From NCBI RefSeq assembly GCF_000801205.1, contig NZ_CP009685.1: 32,000 bases of DNA. One strand, 5' to 3'. How positions within the stretch are numbered: position 1 is the first letter of the stretch; every line of letters begins with the position of its first letter. A program made the translations under genes and the position numbers. The notes below the pieces were generated by a model that was not told the origin of the DNA, did not search any database, and worked only from the letters and a program-made list of their open reading frames with translations. This DNA comes from Escherichia coli str. K-12 substr. MG1655. GTDB lineage: Bacteria; Pseudomonadota; Gammaproteobacteria; Enterobacterales; Enterobacteriaceae. This document shows, piece after piece, positions 21,687 to 31,374 of this stretch.

Positions 21687-22472
21687 CTACGCGTCTTCCT
21701 GGGGAAGAATGATTTCAATTTGGCTGTCTTGTAAGCGTGATTTTAGCGCAGCGGGCGGCAGCTCGTCGGTAAAGAGCGCAGTGACCTGTGCCACGTTACC
21801 AATTTCAACCGCCGCCGAAGCATGATACTTAGTGTGATCGGCGACCAGCAGAATATTTCTCGCGTGCGCCATCATCGTTTTCACCACGTTAGCTTCGTTT
21901 ACATCAAACTCCATCAACGCGCCATCGCTCTCAATCGCCCCAACGCTTGTTACCAGATAATCAGCACGAAAATCAGCCACAAAGGACGCCGCTGAAGGGC
22001 CAATGATCCCGCTATTATGAGAGCGCAACGTACCGCCGGGCACCATCACTTCAAAGCGCGGGTTGTGGTAAAGAATATGCGCCACACGCAGGCTGTTGGT
22101 GATTATCCGCAAATGATTATGGTTAAGTAACGCCCGGGCAACATGCTCAACAGTCGTACCAATGGTGATAAATATTGTTGAACCATCAGGAATATAGTCT
22201 GCCACCGCTTCGGCAATCGCTTTTTTTTCCTCGGTTTGCGAAACCTCACGCTGCTCGAACGCCGTATTAACGACGCTGGAAGCCCGACCCGCGCCACCGT
22301 GATGGCGCGTAATCAGGCCTTGCTCGCTTAATTTACGAATATCCCGGCGGACCGTCTGCGTGGAGACATCCAGCAGATTTGCCAGCTCATCAATATTCAT
22401 ATACCCACGCTCGGCGATCAGCATGAGGAGTTGGTCGTGCCGCGGGTTACCGGTTAGTTCGGTAAGGCTCAT
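21687..22472 (-). CDS. csqR: DeoR-family transcriptional regulator of sulfoquinovose catabolism, 261 aa
   Basis: MSLTELTGNPRHDQLLMLIAERGYMNIDELANLLDVSTQTVRRDIRKLSEQGLITRHHGGA (DeoR HTH); synonym yihW. Confidence 0.96.
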   Translation of the reverse strand: MSLTELTGNPRHDQLLMLIAERGYMNIDELANLLDVSTQTVRRDIRKLSEQGLITRHHGGAGRASSVVNTAFEQREVSQTEEKKAIAEAVADYIPDGSTIFITIGTTVEHVARALLNHNHLRIITNSLRVAHILYHNPRFEVMVPGGTLRSHNSGIIGPSAASFVADFRADYLVTSVGAIESDGALMEFDVNEANVVKTMMAHARNILLVADHTKYHASAAVEIGNVAQVTALFTDELPPAALKSRLQDSQIEIILPQEDA

Positions 22473-22505
22473 GAAAATTCCTCGAAAAACCATCACCCTG
22501 GCATT

Positions 22506-23402
22506 TTATACAAAAAGTGACAAAAAAGATCGGGTTTGATCACAGTCAGGGATCCCGGCTCGTCCACCGGGACGTGTGCATTTTAACGCCGCTACACCGC
22601 TGGCGAAGCGGACTGACTCCGCTAAATCCCCACTTGTTGCCAGCGCCACCGCCAAAGCGCCGTGAAAAACATCACCCGCACCTGTGGTATCTACCACATC
22701 AACTTTGAAGGCCGGTTGATGCTGACGCCCACCATTTTCCAGCCAGTCGCAGCCTGCGCTACCCTGGGTCACATAGACATGACCATTTGTGAGCGTTTGT
22801 GCCTGTTTTAGCGCACTGGCCATCTCTTTCACGCCCGTTAAGCGCGCCAGACCCGGTTCTGAAAAGGCCGCGTGATCGCTTAATGCCACCAGCTCACTGA
22901 TATCCTGCGGCGTAATGTCCCCGTCCAGAACGGTCATCACACCCGCCTGACGGGCCAGGGTGAAGGCTTTTTTAGCGCCGTCGTGCCAGCGTACATCTGC
23001 CAGCACAACATCCCACTGAGAGAAATCAATTTCCTCCAACCACTCTGCGTCAGGCAGCAGATCCGGGCTGGGGTAGTTAATGATTATCCGCTCGCCTTTG
23101 GTATCCACCATGATGGCGGATTGCGAAGATTTCGCCTGGTTATACCGTTTGGTGTAACGGGTGTTAACGCCCCAGGATTCCAGCTCTGCCAGCAGGCTGT
23201 TGCCCGTGTCGTCATCACCTACGCGACCAATAAAATCGACCTGCGCCCCCAGCCTTGCCGCCGCAACCGCTGCCGTCGCCGCTGGCCCGCCACCAACTTC
23301 CGTATAATTTCTCGCCACGTATTTACCGCTCTCCGTCGGTAACCCTTCCACGTAATAGATGCGATCCATCACGGTTATACCTACACAAGCAACACGAATC
23401 AT
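22506..23402 (-). CDS. yihV: 6-deoxy-6-sulfofructose kinase (PfkB family), 298 aa
   Basis: MIRVACVGITVMDRIYYVEGLPTESGKYVARNYTEVGGGPAATAAVAAARLG...DTTGAGDVFHGAL PfkB signature. Confidence 0.96.
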   Translation of the reverse strand: MIRVACVGITVMDRIYYVEGLPTESGKYVARNYTEVGGGPAATAAVAAARLGAQVDFIGRVGDDDTGNSLLAELESWGVNTRYTKRYNQAKSSQSAIMVDTKGERIIINYPSPDLLPDAEWLEEIDFSQWDVVLADVRWHDGAKKAFTLARQAGVMTVLDGDITPQDISELVALSDHAAFSEPGLARLTGVKEMASALKQAQTLTNGHVYVTQGSAGCDWLENGGRQHQPAFKVDVVDTTGAGDVFHGALAVALATSGDLAESVRFASGVAALKCTRPGGRAGIPDCDQTRSFLSLFV

Positions 23403-23569
23403 GGTCATTCCTTAAACATTTTGGGATGCGTTCATTTTAATTTCACCAATTGTTTAAAAAGTGACGGCTGTCAATTTTTTGACGATAAATTACAAATACG
23501 ATCAAAAACAGACAAGCAAAGCATGTCATAAATGACAAAAAGTGACATAACTGTATTCAGGAGAGGGTT
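23403..23569. promoter_or_regulatory. Divergent yihV/yihU promoter region with two AAAAAGTGAC boxes (23456-23465, 23537-23546)
   Basis: 167-bp gap between divergent genes; the same decamer recurs at 22512-22521 just upstream of csqR. Confidence 0.65.
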
Positions 23570-24466
23570 ATGGCAGCAATCGCGTTTATCGGTTTAGGAC
23601 AAATGGGTTCGCCAATGGCGAGCAATTTATTGCAGCAAGGGCATCAACTTCGCGTCTTTGATGTGAACGCCGAAGCTGTGCGGCATCTGGTAGACAAAGG
23701 TGCGACTCCCGCCGCCAACCCGGCGCAGGCCGCTAAAGATGCCGAATTTATCATTACCATGTTGCCGAATGGCGATCTGGTGCGCAACGTGTTGTTCGGT
23801 GAAAACGGCGTTTGCGAAGGCTTATCTACCGATGCGCTGGTCATTGATATGTCCACCATCCATCCGCTGCAAACCGATAAATTGATTGCCGATATGCAAG
23901 CCAAAGGCTTCAGCATGATGGATGTTCCGGTAGGCCGTACTTCTGCAAATGCCATTACCGGTACTCTGTTACTGCTGGCTGGCGGCACCGCTGAACAAGT
24001 TGAACGTGCCACACCGATCCTGATGGCGATGGGCAGTGAGTTGATCAACGCTGGCGGTCCGGGCATGGGGATCCGCGTTAAGCTCATCAACAACTACATG
24101 AGCATCGCGCTCAATGCGCTTTCGGCAGAAGCCGCCGTTTTGTGCGAAGCCCTGAATCTTCCCTTCGATGTTGCCGTCAAAGTGATGAGCGGTACCGCCG
24201 CCGGTAAAGGTCACTTCACCACTTCCTGGCCAAACAAAGTCCTCAGCGGAGATCTTTCTCCCGCCTTCATGATCGATCTTGCCCATAAGGATCTTGGCAT
24301 CGCCCTTGATGTCGCCAACCAGCTGCATGTGCCAATGCCGCTGGGGGCCGCCTCACGGGAGGTTTATAGCCAGGCGCGCGCAGCGGGTCGCGGTCGCCAG
24401 GACTGGTCCGCCATTCTGGAACAGGTCCGTGTCAGTGCCGGGATGACTGCCAAAGTAAAAATGTAA
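23570..24466 (+). CDS. yihU: 3-sulfolactaldehyde reductase, 298 aa
   Basis: [37 protein letters not shown]...; beta-hydroxyacid dehydrogenase family Rossmann and catalytic region. Confidence 0.96.
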   Translation: MAAIAFIGLGQMGSPMASNLLQQGHQLRVFDVNAEAVRHLVDKGATPAANPAQAAKDAEFIITMLPNGDLVRNVLFGENGVCEGLSTDALVIDMSTIHPLQTDKLIADMQAKGFSMMDVPVGRTSANAITGTLLLLAGGTAEQVERATPILMAMGSELINAGGPGMGIRVKLINNYMSIALNALSAEAAVLCEALNLPFDVAVKVMSGTAAGKGHFTTSWPNKVLSGDLSPAFMIDLAHKDLGIALDVANQLHVPMPLGAASREVYSQARAAGRGRQDWSAILEQVRVSAGMTAKVKM

Positions 24467-24489
24467 CGACTGGATAAAGGAATAAATGA

Positions 24490-25368
24490 ATGAATAAGTA
24501 CACCATCAACGACATTACGCGCGCATCGGGCGGTTTTGCCATGCTGGCGGTCGATCAGCGCGAAGCCATGCGCATGATGTTTGCCGCGGCTGGGGCACCC
24601 GCTCCGGTAGCCGATAGCGTTTTAACTGATTTCAAAGTTAACGCTGCAAAGGCCCTCTCGCCTTATGCCTCGGCGATTCTGGTAGATCAACAATTCTGCT
24701 ACCGCCAGGTGGTTGAGCAAAACGCGATTGCCAAAAGTTGCGCCATGATTGTCGCCGCCGATGAGTTCATTCCTGGCAACGGTATTCCGGTCGATAGCGT
24801 GGTTATTGACCGCAAAATCAATCCGCTACAGATCAAACAAGACGGTGGCAAAGCCTTAAAACTGCTGGTGCTGTGGCGTAGTGATGAAGATGCGCAGCAA
24901 CGTCTGGATATGGTGAAAGAGTTCAACGAACTGTGCCACTCACACGGTCTGGTAAGCATCATTGAGCCAGTCGTCCGCCCACCGCGTCGTGGCGATAAAT
25001 TCGATCGCGAACAAGCGATCATCGATGCCGCCAAAGAGCTGGGCGACAGTGGCGCTGACCTCTACAAAGTTGAAATGCCGCTTTATGGCAAAGGTCCGCA
25101 ACAAGAGCTTCTCTGTGCTTCACAACGTCTGAATGACCATATCAATATGCCATGGGTGATCCTCTCTTCCGGTGTCGACGAAAAACTGTTCCCGCGTGCC
25201 GTACGCGTGGCAATGACGGCGGGCGCATCGGGATTCCTGGCAGGCCGTGCAGTCTGGGCATCGGTCGTCGGTTTACCAGACAACGAGCTGATGCTGCGTG
25301 ACGTTTGCGCACCGAAATTACAACAACTTGGCGATATCGTCGACGAAATGATGGCTAAACGCCGCTAA
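24490..25368 (+). CDS. yihT: 6-deoxy-6-sulfofructose-1-phosphate aldolase, 292 aa
   Basis: [35 protein letters not shown]...DLYKVEMPL class I (LacD-like) aldolase. Confidence 0.96.
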   Translation: MNKYTINDITRASGGFAMLAVDQREAMRMMFAAAGAPAPVADSVLTDFKVNAAKALSPYASAILVDQQFCYRQVVEQNAIAKSCAMIVAADEFIPGNGIPVDSVVIDRKINPLQIKQDGGKALKLLVLWRSDEDAQQRLDMVKEFNELCHSHGLVSIIEPVVRPPRRGDKFDREQAIIDAAKELGDSGADLYKVEMPLYGKGPQQELLCASQRLNDHINMPWVILSSGVDEKLFPRAVRVAMTAGASGFLAGRAVWASVVGLPDNELMLRDVCAPKLQQLGDIVDEMMAKRR

Positions 25369-25384
25369 GATGAGGATAAAAGGA

Positions 25385-26626
25385 ATGAAATGGTTTAACA
25401 CCCTAAGCCACAACCGTTGGCTGGAACAGGAAACCGACCGCATCTTTGATTTTGGTAAAAATTCCGTAGTGCCGACTGGTTTTGGCTGGTTAGGCAATAA
25501 AGGGCAAATCAAAGAAGAGATGGGCACCCATCTGTGGATCACCGCTCGTATGTTGCACGTTTATTCCGTTGCTGCGGCGATGGGTCGACCTGGCGCTTAC
25601 TCGTTGGTTGATCACGGTATCAAAGCCATGAACGGCGCACTGCGTGATAAAAAATATGGCGGCTGGTATGCCTGCGTGAATGACGAGGGCGTGGTGGATG
25701 CCTCCAAACAGGGCTATCAACACTTCTTTGCTCTGCTGGGTGCCGCCAGCGCCGTCACAACGGGTCACCCGGAAGCGCGCAAGCTGCTCGATTACACCAT
25801 TGAAATTATCGAGAAATATTTCTGGAGCGAAGAAGAGCAGATGTGCCTGGAATCCTGGGACGAAGCCTTCAGCAAAACCGAAGAGTACCGCGGCGGCAAT
25901 GCCAATATGCACGCGGTGGAAGCTTTCTTGATTGTTTATGACGTCACTCACGACAAAAAATGGCTGGATCGCGCGATTCGCGTGGCTTCCGTGATTATCC
26001 ACGACGTCGCCAGAAATAATCATTATCGCGTTAACGAACACTTCGATACCCAGTGGAATCCGCTGCCGGATTACAACAAAGATAACCCGGCGCATCGCTT
26101 CCGCGCGTTCGGAGGTACACCAGGCCACTGGATCGAATGGGGCCGTTTAATGCTGCACATCCATGCTGCCCTGGAAGCCCGTTGCGAACAACCACCAGCA
26201 TGGCTGCTAGAAGATGCCAAAGGTCTGTTTAACGCCACCGTGCGCGATGCCTGGGCACCCGATGGCGCGGACGGGATTGTTTATACCGTTGACTGGGAAG
26301 GAAAACCGGTGGTCCGCGAACGTGTACGTTGGCCTATCGTCGAAGCAATGGGTACGGCCTACGCGCTCTACACCGTCACTGGCGATCGCCAGTATGAAAC
26401 CTGGTATCAAACATGGTGGGAGTACTGCATTAAGTACCTGATGGACTATGAAAATGGTTCCTGGTGGCAGGAGCTGGATGCGGACAATAAGGTCACCACC
26501 AAAGTCTGGGACGGCAAACAGGATATTTATCACCTGCTGCATTGCCTGGTGATCCCGCGTATCCCGTTAGCGCCCGGCATGGCTCCAGCGGTTGCAGCGG
26601 GTCTGCTGGATATTAATGCGAAATAA
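25385..26626 (+). CDS. yihS: Sulfoquinovose isomerase (AGE-fold), 413 aa
   Basis: [40 protein letters not shown]...; N-acylglucosamine epimerase-like family. Confidence 0.96.
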   Translation: MKWFNTLSHNRWLEQETDRIFDFGKNSVVPTGFGWLGNKGQIKEEMGTHLWITARMLHVYSVAAAMGRPGAYSLVDHGIKAMNGALRDKKYGGWYACVNDEGVVDASKQGYQHFFALLGAASAVTTGHPEARKLLDYTIEIIEKYFWSEEEQMCLESWDEAFSKTEEYRGGNANMHAVEAFLIVYDVTHDKKWLDRAIRVASVIIHDVARNNHYRVNEHFDTQWNPLPDYNKDNPAHRFRAFGGTPGHWIEWGRLMLHIHAALEARCEQPPAWLLEDAKGLFNATVRDAWAPDGADGIVYTVDWEGKPVVRERVRWPIVEAMGTAYALYTVTGDRQYETWYQTWWEYCIKYLMDYENGSWWQELDADNKVTTKVWDGKQDIYHLLHCLVIPRIPLAPGMAPAVAAGLLDINAK

Positions 26627-26666
26627 CTGATCTGAAAATAGGGTGCGGGTTTTCCCCTCTCCCTAA

Positions 26667-26689
26667 CCCTCTCCCCAAAGGGGCGAGGG
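26667..26689. repeat. GC-rich hairpin CCCTCTCCCC-AAA-GGGGCGAGGG between yihS and yihR; boxC-like intergenic repeat candidate
   Basis: 9 base pairs with one mismatch and an AAA loop; preceded by CCCTCTCCCTAA pyrimidine repeat. Confidence 0.6.
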
Positions 26690-26739
26690 GACCGTCCGGT
26701 GCAGTTTTTGGGTTTGACATCAGCCTCACGGGAGGCTGT

Positions 26740-27666
26740 ATGTCGTTAATTAAGGTGCCTTGTATGCAAATCACCAATATGCATTGCAGTGGACAGACCG
26801 TTTCACTTGCCGCGGGGGATTATCACGCGACCATTGTGACCGTCGGTGCTGGTCTGGCTGAATTAACCTTTCAGGGTTGTCATTTAGTCATCCCGCACAA
26901 ACCCGAAGAGATGCCGCTGGCGCATCTGGGTAAAGTGCTTATTCCGTGGCCGAACCGGATCGCCAACGGCTGTTACCGCTATCAGGGGCAGGAATATCAG
27001 TTACCCATTAATGAACATAGTTCAAAAGCCGCTATTCACGGGCTGCTTGCCTGGCGAGACTGGCAAATTAGTGAATTAACCGCCACCAGCGTTACCCTGA
27101 CAGCTTTTCTGCCGCCCAGTTACGGCTATCCGTTTATGCTGGCTTCACAAGTTGTTTATTCGCTCAACGCACACACGGGTCTTTCCGTTGAGATCGCAAG
27201 CCAGAATATCGGCACTGTCGCAGCGCCTTATGGCGTGGGTATTCATCCTTATTTAACCTGCAACTTAACATCTGTTGATGAATATCTGTTCCAGCTTCCG
27301 GCAAACCAGGTTTATGCCGTCGATGAGCACGCGAATCCGACAACGCTTCACCACGTTGATGAGCTGGATTTAAATTTCACGCAGGCGAAAAAAATAGCCG
27401 CGACAAAAATCGACCACACCTTTAAAACCGCTAATGATTTGTGGGAAATGACCATTACCCATCCACAGCAGGCGCTTTCGGTAAGCCTTTGTTCCGATCA
27501 ACTCTGGGTGCAGGTTTATAGCGGTGAAAAATTACAGCGTCAGGGACTGGCAGTTGAACCTATGAGTTGCCCGCCTAACGCCTTTAATTCAGGTATCGAC
27601 TTATTATTACTGGAATCAGGAAAACCGCACCGCCTGTTTTTTAATATTTACGGACAGAGAAAATAA
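26740..27666 (+). CDS. yihR: Aldose-1-epimerase-like (sulfoquinovose mutarotase), 308 aa
   Basis: MSLIKVPCMQITNMHCSGQTVSLAAGDYHATIVTVGAGLAELTFQG...; galactose-mutarotase fold sequence with GVGIHPYL. Confidence 0.94.
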   Translation: MSLIKVPCMQITNMHCSGQTVSLAAGDYHATIVTVGAGLAELTFQGCHLVIPHKPEEMPLAHLGKVLIPWPNRIANGCYRYQGQEYQLPINEHSSKAAIHGLLAWRDWQISELTATSVTLTAFLPPSYGYPFMLASQVVYSLNAHTGLSVEIASQNIGTVAAPYGVGIHPYLTCNLTSVDEYLFQLPANQVYAVDEHANPTTLHHVDELDLNFTQAKKIAATKIDHTFKTANDLWEMTITHPQQALSVSLCSDQLWVQVYSGEKLQRQGLAVEPMSCPPNAFNSGIDLLLLESGKPHRLFFNIYGQRK

Positions 27667-27864
27667 CTTGTATTGATTAGCAGTCAAAATCATTGAAGAA
27701 CATTTCACTCGCTAAAGGCAACATTATGTATCTTCAATTTATTAAGTTAAAAACAGCTCAGCTTCTGTAAAGTTTTTATATATCAGTTTTATGAGAATCA
27801 TTTTACATAAGCCTGTAATAACAGGAAGGCAACAATCTCGTTCTCAACTCTATGGAGATTAGTT

Positions 27865-29901
27865 ATGGATACGCCACGTCCACAGTTATTAGATTTTCAA
27901 TTTCATCAGAATAACGACAGTTTTACCCTACATTTTCAACAACGTCTTATTTTAACCCATAGCAAAGATAATCCTTGTTTATGGATTGGCTCAGGTATAG
28001 CGGATATCGATATGTTCCGCGGTAATTTCAGCATTAAAGATAAACTACAGGAGAAAATTGCGCTTACCGACGCCATCGTCAGCCAGTCACCGGATGGTTG
28101 GTTAATTCATTTCAGCCGTGGTTCTGACATTAGCGCCACGCTGAATATCTCTGCCGACGATCAGGGGCGTTTATTGCTGGAACTACAAAACGACAACCTT
28201 AACCACAACCGTATCTGGCTGCGCCTTGCCGCTCAACCAGAGGACCATATCTACGGCTGCGGCGAACAGTTTTCCTACTTCGATCTGCGTGGCAAACCGT
28301 TCCCGCTATGGACCAGTGAACAAGGCGTTGGTCGCAACAAACAAACCTATGTCACCTGGCAGGCCGACTGCAAAGAAAATGCGGGCGGCGACTATTACTG
28401 GACTTTCTTCCCACAGCCTACGTTTGTCAGCACGCAGAAGTATTACTGCCATGTTGATAACAGTTGCTATATGAACTTCGACTTTAGTGCCCCGGAATAC
28501 CATGAACTGGCGCTGTGGGAAGACAAAGCAACGCTGCGTTTTGAATGTGCTGACACATACATTTCCCTGCTGGAAAAATTAACCGCCCTGCTGGGACGCC
28601 AGCCAGAACTGCCCGACTGGATTTATGACGGAGTAACGCTCGGCATTCAGGGCGGGACGGAAGTGTGCCAGAAGAAACTGGACACCATGCGTAACGCGGG
28701 CGTGAAGGTCAACGGCATCTGGGCGCAGGACTGGTCCGGTATTCGTATGACCTCTTTTGGCAAACGCGTGATGTGGAACTGGAAGTGGAACAGCGAAAAC
28801 TACCCGCAACTGGATTCACGCATTAAGCAGTGGAATCAGGAGGGCGTGCAGTTCCTGGCCTATATCAACCCGTATGTTGCCAGCGATAAAGATCTCTGCG
28901 AAGAAGCGGCACAACACGGCTATCTGGCAAAAGATGCCTCTGGCGGTGACTATCTGGTGGAGTTTGGCGAGTTTTACGGCGGCGTTGTCGATCTCACTAA
29001 TCCAGAAGCCTACGCCTGGTTCAAGGAAGTGATCAAAAAGAACATGATTGAACTCGGCTGCGGCGGCTGGATGGCTGACTTCGGCGAGTATCTGCCCACC
29101 GACACGTACTTGCATAACGGCGTCAGTGCCGAAATTATGCATAACGCCTGGCCTGCGCTGTGGGCGAAGTGTAACTACGAAGCCCTTGAAGAAACGGGCA
29201 AGCTCGGCGAGATCCTTTTCTTTATGCGCGCCGGTTCTACCGGTAGCCAGAAATACTCCACCATGATGTGGGCGGGCGACCAGAACGTCGACTGGAGTCT
29301 CGACGATGGCCTGGCGTCGGTTGTCCCGGCGGCGCTGTCGCTGGCAATGACCGGACATGGCCTGCACCACAGCGACATTGGCGGTTACACCACCCTGTTT
29401 GAGATGAAGCGCAGCAAAGAGCTGCTGCTGCGCTGGTGCGATTTCAGCGCCTTCACGCCGATGATGCGCACCCACGAAGGTAACCGTCCTGGCGACAACT
29501 GGCAGTTTGACGGCGACGCAGAAACCATCGCCCATTTCGCCCGTATGACCACCGTCTTCACCACCCTGAAACCTTACCTGAAAGAGGCCGTCGCGCTGAA
29601 TGCGAAGTCCGGCCTGCCGGTTATGCGCCCGCTGTTCCTGCATTACGAAGACGATGCGCACACTTACACCCTGAAATATCAGTACCTGTTAGGTCGCGAC
29701 ATTCTGGTCGCTCCGGTGCATGAAGAAGGCCGTAGCGACTGGACGCTCTATCTGCCGGAGGATAACTGGGTCCACGCCTGGACGGGTGAAGCGTTCCGGG
29801 GCGGGGAAGTTACCGTTAATGCGCCCATCGGCAAGCCGCCGGTCTTTTATCGCGCCGATAGCGAATGGGCGGCACTGTTCGCGTCGTTAAAAAGCATCTA
29901 A
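27865..29901 (+). CDS. yihQ: Sulfoquinovosidase, GH31, 678 aa
   Basis: MDTPRPQLLDFQFHQNNDSFTLHFQQRL...; GH31 features including WAQDWSG and GGWMADFGEYLPTD. Confidence 0.97.
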   Translation: MDTPRPQLLDFQFHQNNDSFTLHFQQRLILTHSKDNPCLWIGSGIADIDMFRGNFSIKDKLQEKIALTDAIVSQSPDGWLIHFSRGSDISATLNISADDQGRLLLELQNDNLNHNRIWLRLAAQPEDHIYGCGEQFSYFDLRGKPFPLWTSEQGVGRNKQTYVTWQADCKENAGGDYYWTFFPQPTFVSTQKYYCHVDNSCYMNFDFSAPEYHELALWEDKATLRFECADTYISLLEKLTALLGRQPELPDWIYDGVTLGIQGGTEVCQKKLDTMRNAGVKVNGIWAQDWSGIRMTSFGKRVMWNWKWNSENYPQLDSRIKQWNQEGVQFLAYINPYVASDKDLCEEAAQHGYLAKDASGGDYLVEFGEFYGGVVDLTNPEAYAWFKEVIKKNMIELGCGGWMADFGEYLPTDTYLHNGVSAEIMHNAWPALWAKCNYEALEETGKLGEILFFMRAGSTGSQKYSTMMWAGDQNVDWSLDDGLASVVPAALSLAMTGHGLHHSDIGGYTTLFEMKRSKELLLRWCDFSAFTPMMRTHEGNRPGDNWQFDGDAETIAHFARMTTVFTTLKPYLKEAVALNAKSGLPVMRPLFLHYEDDAHTYTLKYQYLLGRDILVAPVHEEGRSDWTLYLPEDNWVHAWTGEAFRGGEVTVNAPIGKPPVFYRADSEWAALFASLKSI

Positions 29902-29946
29902 TCACATCCGCCCGTGGGGAAACTCATGGGCAAAGGGAGAACATCG

Positions 29947-31332
29947 ATGAGTCACATCACAACGGAAGATCCAGCAACTTTACGCCTGCCCTTTAAAGAG
30001 AAACTCTCTTACGGTATTGGCGACCTGGCCTCTAACATCCTGCTGGATATCGGTACGCTTTATCTTTTGAAGTTTTATACCGACGTTCTGGGGCTGCCAG
30101 GCACCTATGGCGGCATTATCTTTTTGATTTCAAAATTCTTTACTGCGTTTACCGATATGGGTACCGGCATTATGTTGGATTCCCGACGCAAGATCGGTCC
30201 AAAAGGTAAGTTCCGTCCTTTTATTCTGTATGCGTCATTCCCGGTCACCTTACTGGCGATCGCCAACTTTGTCGGCACACCGTTTGATGTCACCGGTAAA
30301 ACGGTGATGGCCACTATTCTGTTTATGCTTTACGGACTGTTTTTCAGCATGATGAACTGCTCCTACGGCGCAATGGTTCCCGCTATCACCAAAAACCCCA
30401 ACGAACGCGCCTCACTGGCGGCATGGCGTCAGGGCGGCGCTACGCTGGGCCTGCTGCTGTGCACGGTGGGATTCGTGCCAGTTATGAATCTTATCGAAGG
30501 TAATCAGCAACTTGGCTATATCTTCGCCGCCACGCTGTTTTCACTGTTTGGCCTGCTGTTTATGTGGATCTGCTACTCGGGCGTGAAAGAGCGTTATGTC
30601 GAAACCCAGCCTGCTAATCCGGCGCAAAAGCCGGGCCTGCTGCAATCTTTCCGCGCAATTGCGGGTAACCGCCCGCTGTTCATTCTGTGCATTGCCAACC
30701 TCTGCACTTTAGGGGCGTTTAACGTCAAGCTCGCCATCCAGGTCTATTACACCCAGTACGTGCTTAACGATCCCATCCTGTTGTCGTATATGGGATTTTT
30801 CAGCATGGGCTGTATTTTCATCGGCGTATTCCTGATGCCTGCCTCAGTCAGACGTTTTGGCAAGAAGAAAGTTTATATCGGCGGCCTGCTGATTTGGGTG
30901 CTGGGCGATCTGCTCAACTATTTCTTCGGCGGCGGTTCGGTCAGCTTCGTGGCGTTCTCCTGCCTGGCGTTCTTTGGCTCAGCGTTTGTTAACAGCCTGA
31001 ACTGGGCGCTGGTTTCCGACACCGTCGAGTACGGCGAGTGGCGCACCGGCGTGCGTTCGGAAGGAACGGTCTACACCGGTTTTACCTTCTTTCGCAAAGT
31101 GTCTCAGGCGCTGGCTGGTTTCTTCCCCGGCTGGATGCTGACGCAAATTGGCTATGTGCCGAACGTCGCACAGGCTGACCACACCATTGAAGGGTTACGC
31201 CAGTTGATCTTCATCTACCCAAGCGCACTGGCGGTAGTCACCATTGTGGCGATGGGTTGCTTCTACAGCCTGAACGAGAAGATGTATGTCCGCATTGTGG
31301 AAGAGATAGAAGCCCGTAAACGCACGGCGTAA
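29947..31332 (+). CDS. yihP: GPH-family (MFS) transporter, likely for sulfoquinovose-related organosulfonates, 461 aa
   Basis: MSHITTEDPATLRLPFKEKLSYGIGDLASNILLDIGTLYLLKFYTDVLG...; ATG at 29947 is preferred over the upstream start in the ORF track. Confidence 0.93.
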   Translation: MSHITTEDPATLRLPFKEKLSYGIGDLASNILLDIGTLYLLKFYTDVLGLPGTYGGIIFLISKFFTAFTDMGTGIMLDSRRKIGPKGKFRPFILYASFPVTLLAIANFVGTPFDVTGKTVMATILFMLYGLFFSMMNCSYGAMVPAITKNPNERASLAAWRQGGATLGLLLCTVGFVPVMNLIEGNQQLGYIFAATLFSLFGLLFMWICYSGVKERYVETQPANPAQKPGLLQSFRAIAGNRPLFILCIANLCTLGAFNVKLAIQVYYTQYVLNDPILLSYMGFFSMGCIFIGVFLMPASVRRFGKKKVYIGGLLIWVLGDLLNYFFGGGSVSFVAFSCLAFFGSAFVNSLNWALVSDTVEYGEWRTGVRSEGTVYTGFTFFRKVSQALAGFFPGWMLTQIGYVPNVAQADHTIEGLRQLIFIYPSALAVVTIVAMGCFYSLNEKMYVRIVEEIEARKRTA

Positions 31333-31343
31333 TAATAATAAAC

Positions 31344-31360
31344 GACGCCCTGCGGGGCGT
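31344..31360 (+). other. Stem-loop ACGCCC-TGCGG-GGCGT type in the yihP-yihO gap
   Basis: GACGCCCTGCGGGGCGT, ending 14 nt before the yihO ATG, without a U-tract. Confidence 0.5.
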
Positions 31361-31374
31361 TATAAGGAGTGATT

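Noticed and set aside
25490-26128. 212-aa minus-strand ORF opposite yihS
   Set aside because: Shadow of the well-supported yihS frame.
28816-29661. 281-aa minus-strand ORF opposite yihQ
   Set aside because: Shadow ORF over a conserved GH31 gene, without domain signature or convincing initiation context.
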